The notes under the pieces are model-generated. The model searched no databases. It was not told the origin of the DNA and saw only the letters and a list, made by a program, of their open reading frames with translations. Of a stretch of 64,000 bases of DNA, positions 53,409-61,855 are shown piece by piece. Made by a program: the position numbers and the translations under genes. Numbering within the stretch: position 1 is the first letter of the stretch; each line of letters starts with the position of its first letter. This stretch comes from a virus (taxonomy: Duplodnaviria > Caudoviricetes), in IMG/VR virus record IMGVR_UViG_3300010352_001202. The stretch is one strand, 5' to 3'.

Positions 53409-55442
53409 ATGGCTTTTCTAAATATACCACTAAAATCAATTCAGGTTAGTATCAACACGGTTGTTGGTACTGAAACCATGCCTTGGTATAATCCTTTAAG
53501 TTTCCCAATTGGTCCCGGCGATCCTATGCCTGCACCTATTCAGAAAGATTTTAGATGGCGTGTGGTTATGAATGTTTCTAATCAAGAACAAAGTTCATAT
53601 ATCACAAGAGATCCGGGAACATACAATGGACAGGATATTACTGTTGGGCAATGGATTGCTAATTTAACAACAGGTCAGGCCTGGCAGATTATTTTAATTG
53701 AATCTAAATCTACAACTTCTGTAACAGCTATTGTACAGGATATCTATAGATACAATACTTTTAGAGATCCTGCACAAGTTGGTAACGGTGGTCCTGCCAC
53801 AGGAACATATGTTGTATTCAACATAGGTGATGGCGGCCTGCCACAGATTGATCCTATTCCTCCTGCAGGTGCATCGGCACAATTTTCTCAAAATATTCAA
53901 AGTAGATTTGAATACATAAATTTACAATATGATTATCCGTTATATCAATCGGGTAATACTTTTGTTGTAAATGATACGATTGCAGCAGATTCGGACACAA
54001 ATCAATTTGTATTATCAGATTCAACAAACAGAATTGTTATTGGTAGAGTAACATCTATTTCTGATACAATATCCGGTTGGTTCACTATTAACCCTGTTCA
54101 GAAGATTGTCGATAATTTAGATTATCTCCCCGGTGGCGTTGGCGACATTATCTATTCATCTTTGACTGTTCCGGGCGGCATAACAACAACCCCCGGCGGT
54201 TCTCAACTTTATATTAAGTTAAGAAATAATACATCTTCTATTTCCCTTAGTACAGCACCTGGGCCAACAACAGCAGGCAATGTTTTTCAGCTCAACGGAG
54301 AAAATATTACCGTTGGTGGTGCAGGAACCGCAGCAAATGTTATTTCTGCAACAAATGCAGTTTCTGGAACAACAGGAGTATCGGCATTATCTGTTCTTTC
54401 AGCATCATCTGTGCAGACAAACAATGGATTAATTTCTCCTACATACGGTGAACCTGTTCTATGGGCATCGAGCTCACCGGCAACGGCAGTTATTAATGGA
54501 ACAACTGTAATATTTAACATTGTTTCAACTGATCCAGGATATGAAGATTATTCCAGACCTGCGCAGATGGCGCAGGCCATCAACAATGCAAACATTTCTA
54601 ATATTGTTGCATCTACTCCCAGCACGCTTGTATTAAAGATAACCAATACATCAGGGGGTAGTATTACCATAACAAACGGTTCGTCGGATGTTAATGGAGT
54701 TCCATTTGGTGGTGCAAATTCTGGATCTGGTTTAGCCCTTTTCACCCCAGCAAGTACATCGTATCAAATTCAATTTACTGCTGTGGATGCTCGTCCTATT
54801 AATTTCTTAGATGTTATCGGAACTACTGTAGACGACTTTGGTTTAATTTCAGTAGAAAATGGCGTTAAGGCGTGTGGTTTATACATCGAAGAAGGACTAA
54901 GAACAGCAACATCTACCGTTGTTACTAATCTCACACAACTGAATACACTTAGCCCATTAATTGGTGACCAAGCGTATGTTATCGATAGCGGCGATGCCCA
55001 AGGCAACAATGCTAATGAATGGAGTTTATGGTTATTTGATGGAACTAACTGGATTGAAACAAGCAATCAAGATAGTGCTTCAACTGATGCGAAATCTCTC
55101 GAATATACCGTTACAACGGCAAGTCCATCCTCGATAAATATCGGTGAAATAAGCACAGGAAGAAGAGTAACATTGATCACTGTCGAAGTAATGACTCCGT
55201 TTGATCAACCAGCAGCATTATCAATTGGCTATCAAGTCAATAATACCGTCCCGCCTCCGCCTGTCCCATCTGGATTAATGATTAGTGGACTAATAGATTT
55301 AACAGTTTCCGGTACTTATACAACCAGCACAGACATACTTTTCGGCACAGACACAGTACAAGGTGATGTAACTATAACAGCAGATTTTCAAAATAACGGT
55401 GCATCCACCGGTACTGCTCAAATTATAGTCTCTTATGTATAA
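53409..55442 (+). CDS. Virion structural protein
   Basis: 677-aa beta-rich ORF in the structural operon; GDQAYV..WSLWLFDG.NW. Confidence 0.7.
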   Translation: MAFLNIPLKSIQVSINTVVGTETMPWYNPLSFPIGPGDPMPAPIQKDFRWRVVMNVSNQEQSSYITRDPGTYNGQDITVGQWIANLTTGQAWQIILIESKSTTSVTAIVQDIYRYNTFRDPAQVGNGGPATGTYVVFNIGDGGLPQIDPIPPAGASAQFSQNIQSRFEYINLQYDYPLYQSGNTFVVNDTIAADSDTNQFVLSDSTNRIVIGRVTSISDTISGWFTINPVQKIVDNLDYLPGGVGDIIYSSLTVPGGITTTPGGSQLYIKLRNNTSSISLSTAPGPTTAGNVFQLNGENITVGGAGTAANVISATNAVSGTTGVSALSVLSASSVQTNNGLISPTYGEPVLWASSSPATAVINGTTVIFNIVSTDPGYEDYSRPAQMAQAINNANISNIVASTPSTLVLKITNTSGGSITITNGSSDVNGVPFGGANSGSGLALFTPASTSYQIQFTAVDARPINFLDVIGTTVDDFGLISVENGVKACGLYIEEGLRTATSTVVTNLTQLNTLSPLIGDQAYVIDSGDAQGNNANEWSLWLFDGTNWIETSNQDSASTDAKSLEYTVTTASPSSINIGEISTGRRVTLITVEVMTPFDQPAALSIGYQVNNTVPPPPVPSGLMISGLIDLTVSGTYTTSTDILFGTDTVQGDVTITADFQNNGASTGTAQIIVSYV

Positions 55443-55508
55443 AATAAAATCTTTTGGATAAATAAAGCGTAGAAGGCCAGTGCGGCCCGATAAATTAGGA
55501 GAAAAACA

Positions 55509-58500
55509 ATGTCAAATGTAAAGAATTTCGGTCTCATTGGCGTAGGTGCAGATCTACAATTTGGTAAGGCCGGTACACGCCTTGTCAACAATGCAGGCAC
55601 ATTCAATTTCAAGGCAGCAAACGGTTCGACCGATGCAGCTTTAACAGCAGCAGGAATTACATCCTCTGCAGGTAACGTAACACTTACCACAGGTGATTTA
55701 GTATTAACTGATACTGCCGGTGTTCTTACCGTTGGTACAGATACAACACTTAGCCGTGCTCAGGCAGGCGTCTTCCGTTTCAATGGAACAGCAGCCGTTG
55801 TTATGCCAGCAGGTACAACAGGACAAGAACCAGGAACACAAATTGCTGGTATGTTCCGTTATAACTCGACACTCGGTGCTATGGAATACTCAAACGGAAC
55901 ATCATGGTTCCCATTGAGTTCGTCTGCAGCATTACAAACAGAAATCGATAACATCGAAACTTCGTTAGGTGGCGCTATTGATTCATCGGGTAACTTTATT
56001 CCAGGTGGATTCACTGGTGCAGTTATCGGCACAGTAGCAAGCTTCACAGAAGCTATTCAGAATGTAGCTAACTATGCATTGTCGAAAGACACTCTAGATG
56101 AAATTTTCCTACAAACGGGTGCTGGAAAAGTAATCTATTCTAACGGTACAAGCTGGCAACAAGCACTCCCGGGTTCGACATCCGGTGTTCAGAAATGGGA
56201 TGCAGGTCTCGATAACCTTGCAGCACTCGCAGGAACAGGTATTGTTGTTGAAACAGCCGACGGTGTCTTCGCCAACCGTACTTTAGTAGCTCCGGCAGCC
56301 GGTATCACAATTACCGATGCCGACGGTGTAGCAGGAAATCCAACATTTGCTCTTGCTAATGACTTAGCAGCACTCGAAGGTCTTACAACAACTGGATATA
56401 TTGTTCGCACAGGTGACGGTACAGCAACAACACGCTCTATGAATGTTGTTTCGGGTGATTTAGTTATCACAGGCGATGCATCTGGTGTTTCTACAGATAC
56501 AACTTTCGGTCTTGCTACAGTTACTCAAGCAGCAACCGGAAACTTTGTTAAGGTCACACTCGATACCAAGGGCCGCGTAACTGGTAATACACCGGTAGTC
56601 GCAGCAGACATTACAGCACTTGTAGATGCAACATATGTAAACGTAACCGGCGATACAATGACTGGTTCGTTGACAATGGCCACAGGTACTCACATCACTC
56701 TAACTGATGATCCTGTAAACCCAACAGACGCAGCAAACAAGAACTATGTTGATAACGCAGTTACTGGTCTAACATGGAAGACAGCCGTTCTAGCAGCAAC
56801 AACAACTAACGGAACTTTTGCTACAGCTTTCGCTAACGGCCAAGTTATCGACGGTGTTACACTTGCTACAAACGATCGTATCCTTATCAAGAACCAAACA
56901 GACCAAACACAAAACGGTATCTATATTGTTCAGGCTTCGGGTGCTCCAGTTCGTTCTTCGGATGCTAACACTGGTCCAGAACTTGACAGCGCGGCAGTTT
57001 TCGTTCAGACTGGTACAGCAAACGCTGATTCTGGATGGGTACAAGTAACATCCAATGTAACAATTGGTACTTCGAACATCGTATGGCAACAGTTCTCTGG
57101 TGCTGGTGCTTACACAAGCGGTGTTGGTATTGACATTACAGGTAACGTGATCAGTACAAGGCTTGGAGCAGGTATTGGTGAACTTCCAACAGGCGAAATT
57201 GGTGTTGATCTTTATGACCCAACAAACGGTGCAGTTATCCTTACAACAGATGGCACAACACCATCGACAGCAACCGGTGCTCAACTTTACTTGAAGCTTG
57301 ATGCTGCTGGTGCTCTAGCACAGACATCGTCTGGATTAAAGATTAACGCAAATTCTGTAACCAATGCTATGATTGTTAATGACACAATGGTTGTTAATGG
57401 TGATACAGGTTCGGGATCGTTGGCATTAGGTGGAACATTAGAAGTTAAGGGTACATCTACTCAGGGTATCGTTACATCTGTTAACGGAACAGGAACATTT
57501 ACCGTTACTGCTAGCAATGCTTCTTCTTCACAGAAGGGTGTCGCAACATTTGATGCTACTGAATTTACAGTAACAACAGGTAATGTTGTTCTTGGAACAG
57601 TTCCTATCGGCAAGCTATCTGCAAGTACAATTACATTTGCAGGTAACACAGGTACACCGGATGCAGTAGCTCTCGGTGAAACAGTTACAATCTCGAGTGC
57701 AGATTCTGCTATTACAACAACAGCAGGTGCAAACAGCATTTCAATTCAGCTTAACACGGTTGATGTTCCACACGGCGGTACTGGTGCAACATCGTTCACA
57801 GCTAACCAGATCCTATTCGGTAACGGTACATCGGCAATCCAGTCGGATGCAGGCTTAACATTCACACCTGGTTCACCAGTTGCCACATTGGCAATGGGTG
57901 GCGCTACTGGCTTAACATTGACAACCAATGCTACATCACATGATGTTACATTGACAGCAGCAGGTTCGAATGCTGATATCGTTCTTGTTCCAACTGGAAC
58001 AGGCTCGGTTGTTGTTGGCCCAGTTGGTGCTGGTTTAATCCAGTCGGATGCAGCTACAGCATTAACAGTTCGTGGTAACACAACATTGACACTTGAGTCC
58101 GGTACAGGCAGCACCACAATGGTTCTACCATCCGGCACAAGCAACAAGGTTACAGTTTCTGGCCCAACAGCAGCAGATTATGCTACTGGCTTGGCAGCAG
58201 CAGATCTCGTCAACAAGCAATATGTTGATGGTGCTATTGCTACCGGTGCTTCAGCTGGTTCTGTTAAGGCAGTTACAGCAACAGTTAGCTTGGCCTCCGC
58301 AGGAACAGTTAACGTTGGTGCAGCTCTCCCAGCAGGTGCAACAATCCTTTCTGTTAAGGTTAATGTTACAGCAGCTGACACAGCAACTGGTACACTCCAG
58401 ATTGGTAAGTCAGGTGGCGGTCAGTACATGGCTACAACAGAAAACGATACACAAACAACTGGTCTATACCTTGCAGAAACATATGTTGTTGAAGCAGGTT

Positions 58501-58586
58501 CTGTACAAGTACAGGCAACAGTTGGCGGCACACCAGGTGGTTCTGGTTCCGCACAAGTATTCGTTGAGTACAAGGTTGCAGGTTAA
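55509..58586 (+). CDS. Long tail fibre-like protein
   Basis: GMFRYNS, DAANKNYVD, DRILIKNQTDQTQNGIY, WQQFSGAG; late promoter 55457. Confidence 0.85.
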   Translation: MSNVKNFGLIGVGADLQFGKAGTRLVNNAGTFNFKAANGSTDAALTAAGITSSAGNVTLTTGDLVLTDTAGVLTVGTDTTLSRAQAGVFRFNGTAAVVMPAGTTGQEPGTQIAGMFRYNSTLGAMEYSNGTSWFPLSSSAALQTEIDNIETSLGGAIDSSGNFIPGGFTGAVIGTVASFTEAIQNVANYALSKDTLDEIFLQTGAGKVIYSNGTSWQQALPGSTSGVQKWDAGLDNLAALAGTGIVVETADGVFANRTLVAPAAGITITDADGVAGNPTFALANDLAALEGLTTTGYIVRTGDGTATTRSMNVVSGDLVITGDASGVSTDTTFGLATVTQAATGNFVKVTLDTKGRVTGNTPVVAADITALVDATYVNVTGDTMTGSLTMATGTHITLTDDPVNPTDAANKNYVDNAVTGLTWKTAVLAATTTNGTFATAFANGQVIDGVTLATNDRILIKNQTDQTQNGIYIVQASGAPVRSSDANTGPELDSAAVFVQTGTANADSGWVQVTSNVTIGTSNIVWQQFSGAGAYTSGVGIDITGNVISTRLGAGIGELPTGEIGVDLYDPTNGAVILTTDGTTPSTATGAQLYLKLDAAGALAQTSSGLKINANSVTNAMIVNDTMVVNGDTGSGSLALGGTLEVKGTSTQGIVTSVNGTGTFTVTASNASSSQKGVATFDATEFTVTTGNVVLGTVPIGKLSASTITFAGNTGTPDAVALGETVTISSADSAITTTAGANSISIQLNTVDVPHGGTGATSFTANQILFGNGTSAIQSDAGLTFTPGSPVATLAMGGATGLTLTTNATSHDVTLTAAGSNADIVLVPTGTGSVVVGPVGAGLIQSDAATALTVRGNTTLTLESGTGSTTMVLPSGTSNKVTVSGPTAADYATGLAAADLVNKQYVDGAIATGASAGSVKAVTATVSLASAGTVNVGAALPAGATILSVKVNVTAADTATGTLQIGKSGGGQYMATTENDTQTTGLYLAETYVVEAGSVQVQATVGGTPGGSGSAQVFVEYKVAG

Positions 58587-58610
58587 TAGTTTCTAACTAA
58601 CCTAAAATCC

Positions 58611-58637
58611 AAAGCCCCTCCCCGGAGGGGCTTTTTT
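58611..58637 (+). terminator. Intrinsic terminator
   Basis: AAAGCCCCTCC-CC-GGAGGGGCTTTTTT. Confidence 0.85.
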
Positions 58638-58679
58638 ACGGCTATTTCGTATAAATATAGGTATATTAGGAGATTTCCA

Positions 58680-58973
58680 ATGTTTAGAGAACTTTGCAGA
58701 CTCTGTAGAGAGTCATTACAGGATAATGCTACTGGCAGATATTCACATGCCCGCGTTATTGCTATGTTGGTTGCATTCGCTGCGACTATTTTTATGTGGA
58801 AACTTATACTGCTAGGTGGTATGAGTTTGGATTATTTTGTTGCGTATCTTGCATACGGAACTGGCCACCAAACACTTAATAAGTTTTTAGAAACAAGAGA
58901 CAAGGCCCGACCTGTTGCTGTACCACCTGCTAAGGAAGAGGAAGATCCTCCACCAAAGCCTCCAAAGCCATGA
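58680..58973 (+). CDS. Small two-TM late membrane protein (holin-like candidate)
   Basis: TATAAATA 58650; GRYSHARV, two hydrophobic segments, charged Pro-rich tail. Confidence 0.55.
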   Translation: MFRELCRLCRESLQDNATGRYSHARVIAMLVAFAATIFMWKLILLGGMSLDYFVAYLAYGTGHQTLNKFLETRDKARPVAVPPAKEEEDPPPKPPKP

Positions 58974-58974
58974 T

Positions 58975-59003
58975 TTGACATTCAAATGTAACTATGTTAC
59001 TCT
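58975..59003 (+). promoter_or_regulatory. sigma70-type promoter
   Basis: TTGACA-17-TACTCT; ATG only 7 nt downstream (possibly leaderless). Confidence 0.55.
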
Positions 59004-59009
59004 ATAAAA

Positions 59010-59558
59010 ATGACGAGTATTGTTTTTACATTTGGCCGAATGAATCCTCCAACAAAGGGGCATGAACGGTTAGTAAAGAAGGTAGTAGAAACTGCCAAAA
59101 AAATCGGTGGAGACCATGCAGTGTATCTGTCACATACACATAGGGCACCCACCGATCCTCTTGAGTGGAATTTCAAGCGCCGTGTTTGCGAGAATGCATT
59201 CAAAGGTGTAAATATATCGAAAGATGAATCAATCCGAAATCCCTTTATTGCACTCGAGTCTTTTATAGGCAAGTACGATCGTGCTATCTTTGTTGTTGGT
59301 AGCGATCAATTACCTGAATTTACACAAAGAATGTTACCTTACGGCCCGTTGTGGGGTATAGATTTAGAGATTATATCTGCCGGTGAAAGATTGGCTGAAT
59401 CGCGTGGCATAGCAGGTATGAGTAGTACCAAAATGCGCCAATATGCATTAGAAAATAACAAGGAAAAGTTCTATGAAGGACTTGCTGGTAATCTAAGTGC
59501 ATCACTAAAGAAGCTTGTCTTATCTAATACCCAAAAAGGTATGAAAAAGCCTAAATAG
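59010..59558 (+). CDS. Cytidylyltransferase-like nucleotidyltransferase
   Basis: FTFGRMNPPTKGH, DPL, VVGSD, SAGER, MSSTKMR. Confidence 0.88.
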   Translation: MTSIVFTFGRMNPPTKGHERLVKKVVETAKKIGGDHAVYLSHTHRAPTDPLEWNFKRRVCENAFKGVNISKDESIRNPFIALESFIGKYDRAIFVVGSDQLPEFTQRMLPYGPLWGIDLEIISAGERLAESRGIAGMSSTKMRQYALENNKEKFYEGLAGNLSASLKKLVLSNTQKGMKKPK

Positions 59559-59883
59559 GATATTTAGTGTGAGTCTTTTTCTTTCCAAATAATTTTTTAA
59601 TTCTATCTTGATTTATTTGTAAATCAGATTTTGTTTCTTTTGATAACACCGACTCGAAAAAATATGCTGATTTCTTATCGAAAAATTCAGCAACGATATA
59701 ATGATCAAAATTATCAAAGTTTTCTTTTACATACGCATTTGATGTAAAATATATTTTTCCAAAATCCTCAGATGACGGTAGATAGTTTTTATATCTATAA
59801 CCGATATAAAATCTTCCTGTATTCTTTTCAATGCACATATAAACATATGGCATCTTTTTTGTAGATTTTTCAAAAATTAACAT
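59551..59883 (-). CDS. Minimal GIY-YIG-like protein, paralogue of 38827..39321
   Basis: PYVYMC..K.TGRFYIGYR..N..P...DFG..YFTS...AEF....AY.FE. Confidence 0.65.
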   Translation of the reverse strand: MLIFEKSTKKMPYVYMCIEKNTGRFYIGYRYKNYLPSSEDFGKIYFTSNAYVKENFDNFDHYIVAEFFDKKSAYFFESVLSKETKSDLQINQDRIKKLFGKKKTHTKYPI

Positions 59884-60005
59884 CTAATATTTACCGATAA
59901 AATTGTGCGGTCGCAGCAATTCTGATAAATAAGTTACACTACAAAAACTATGCTCATGGTGAGATAGTTCAATCAGTGGCTTAACTGCACTAAGGAAATA
60001 ATATC

Positions 60006-60368
60006 ATGTTTACAACATCAACACCACAAGAATTTTTCAACTTAACCCAAGACTACCTAAAGCTCTTTCCAAAGAATGAGCACGATGTAAGAGAAGTAGC
60101 AAGCAAGGTTAAGGGAGTTTACATTTCTGAGACAAAGAAAGCACTCGAAATGCTAAAGACTTATAACAAGGCAACATCGGGAGATGCTTCCCCTAATGAA
60201 ATTGCTTCTGCAAATAAGCTAGCACAGGAACTAATGGTAACAGCACGATTTGCTGCATTCATGGCAATTCCTGGATCTATTTTTGCATTGCCAGTTGTTT
60301 CAAAGGTATCGAAGGAATTTGGCGTAGACTTTGTACCACAAAGCGTAGCTAAGGAATTCAACCTTTAA
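60006..60368 (+). CDS. Hypothetical protein with LETM1-like C-terminal pattern
   Basis: ETKK..EML...SPNEIASANK...FAAFMAIPGSIFALP...FVPQS; SD TAAGGA. Confidence 0.5.
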   Translation: MFTTSTPQEFFNLTQDYLKLFPKNEHDVREVASKVKGVYISETKKALEMLKTYNKATSGDASPNEIASANKLAQELMVTARFAAFMAIPGSIFALPVVSKVSKEFGVDFVPQSVAKEFNL

Positions 60369-60384
60369 TTTATTGATGCATTTA

Positions 60385-60408
60385 TAAAAGGGCCTTCGGG
60401 CCCTTTTT
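60385..60408 (+). terminator. Intrinsic terminator
   Basis: AAAAGGGCC-TTCG-GGCCCTTTTT. Confidence 0.88.
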
Positions 60409-60425
60409 CAATAAATATGTACATT

Positions 60426-60932
60426 ATGCAAAATTTACCAAAATCTAAAGAAGAAGCACTATTGCAAAATTCAAATCTTTATTTTACCGGAATTCCATGC
60501 TGCAGAGGACATATATGCGAGCGCAGAACATCGACCAATAAATGTATTTTGTGTGCTAAGGAAATAGGATTAAAATTCACATTAAAAAATAAAGATAGAG
60601 TAGCACAATATCATATCGATAGGAAAAAAGAAAATCCAAAACAATACCTATTGCATGGCGCCAGAGTGCGATCAAGAAAATATAATATACCCTTCGCTAT
60701 TACATTAGATGATATTATAATTCCGGAATATTGCCCCATACTAAATATAAAACTAGAAATAAATACAGGTGGTTATAAAGACAATAGCCCGAGCCTTGAT
60801 AGAACTATACCAGAACTTGGATATATTCCTGGTAATGTAATGGTTATCTCAATGAGAGCAAACATGATTAAGAATAATGCCACCGTTGAAGAACTTGGAA
60901 AAATTTATCACTATCTTTTATCAATAAAATAA
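60426..60932 (+). CDS. HNH-type endonuclease
   Basis: YFTGIPC.RGH...C..C; IPEYCPIL, SPSLDR..PELGY.PGNV.VIS.RAN..K. Confidence 0.8.
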   Translation: MQNLPKSKEEALLQNSNLYFTGIPCCRGHICERRTSTNKCILCAKEIGLKFTLKNKDRVAQYHIDRKKENPKQYLLHGARVRSRKYNIPFAITLDDIIIPEYCPILNIKLEINTGGYKDNSPSLDRTIPELGYIPGNVMVISMRANMIKNNATVEELGKIYHYLLSIK

Positions 60933-60955
60933 AGATTTTTTAGATAAATAGTAAT

Positions 60956-61528
60956 ATGAGAATAATTGAAATTCTATTACCGAAGGGCATTGACAGAAGT
61001 TTATCACCGCAGACTGTGCGTAAGATAGATAATCTCCAGACACGCATGGACAAATATGTTGATGCTATCCTTGATCCTTCGACCACACCCAACGGTAGAG
61101 AATTTCTAAAAACACGCCTACGCGACGATTATTATGAACTTAGAAGCATTATGCCTCATATTCATAAAGTTGCAGAAGCAGTTCATAAACTTCCATTATC
61201 TAATGAAGATTTTGATTTGATAAAGGAAGTAATGAGCAGGCCAATTCCTGCTGCTATTGCACCTATCTATATTTCCGAGATTATCGATGATGACGAATTC
61301 AACGGCATCTTACTAGAACTAGAAGATTCCGATCCAAACCTAGACGTTCGCCCGCTCATTGTAGAATGGTTCAACCGCGTAATGCCAGACCAAATGTATC
61401 GTTTCGCCGATAATCAAGATGGCGAAAATCAAAAGAAAGGACTCCTATCCCCGATACACGGATATGATCCTCATATGTATAAGGGCGCCAACGACCCACT
61501 AACGGGTAACGCATTCGGCCGCCGCTGA
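60956..61528 (+). CDS. Late hypothetical protein, probable virion-internal
   Basis: GATAAATA 60943; MRIIEIL start; KVAE|AVHKLP; IIDDDEF...DVRPLI. Confidence 0.6.
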   Translation: MRIIEILLPKGIDRSLSPQTVRKIDNLQTRMDKYVDAILDPSTTPNGREFLKTRLRDDYYELRSIMPHIHKVAEAVHKLPLSNEDFDLIKEVMSRPIPAAIAPIYISEIIDDDEFNGILLELEDSDPNLDVRPLIVEWFNRVMPDQMYRFADNQDGENQKKGLLSPIHGYDPHMYKGANDPLTGNAFGRR

Positions 61529-61533
61529 AACTT

Positions 61534-61562
61534 TTGACTTTCAGAAACAATATTGCTATACT
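61534..61562 (+). promoter_or_regulatory. sigma70-type promoter
   Basis: TTGACT-17-TATACT upstream of the polymerase operon. Confidence 0.75.
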
Positions 61563-61603
61563 TGCAACAAAGCTAAGTATTAGCATAAAGCTCAAGGAGT
61601 CAC

Positions 61604-61855
61604 ATGGCTAAGTTATCCCCAGAAAATGTCTCACGATTGAAACAACTCGTTGCAGACGGTGTACAAGTATTACAGGAATGCGAAGATCTAAAGCAAGGTC
61701 TAAGCGAAACGGTAAAAGCCATCGCTGAAGAACTCGAAGTCAAGCCAGCCCAGTTGAATCGTCTAATCAAGGCTGTACAAAAGGGCACAATGAACGATCA
61801 ACGCGAAGCTTTTGACGAGTTAGAGGAACTATATAAGGCCGGGGGTCTCGGCTAA
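61604..61855 (+). CDS. Small dsDNA-binding protein (T4 DsbA/GapR-like)
   Basis: RLKQLV...EDLKQGLSETVKAIAEELEVKPAQLNRLIK. Confidence 0.6.
   Translation: MAKLSPENVSRLKQLVADGVQVLQECEDLKQGLSETVKAIAEELEVKPAQLNRLIKAVQKGTMNDQREAFDELEELYKAGGLG

Noticed and set aside
50668-58586. CRISPR array or diversity-generating retroelement
   Set aside because: Repeats are in-frame protein modules with synonymous variation; no spacer pattern, no adenine-specific TR/VR pair, no reverse transcriptase
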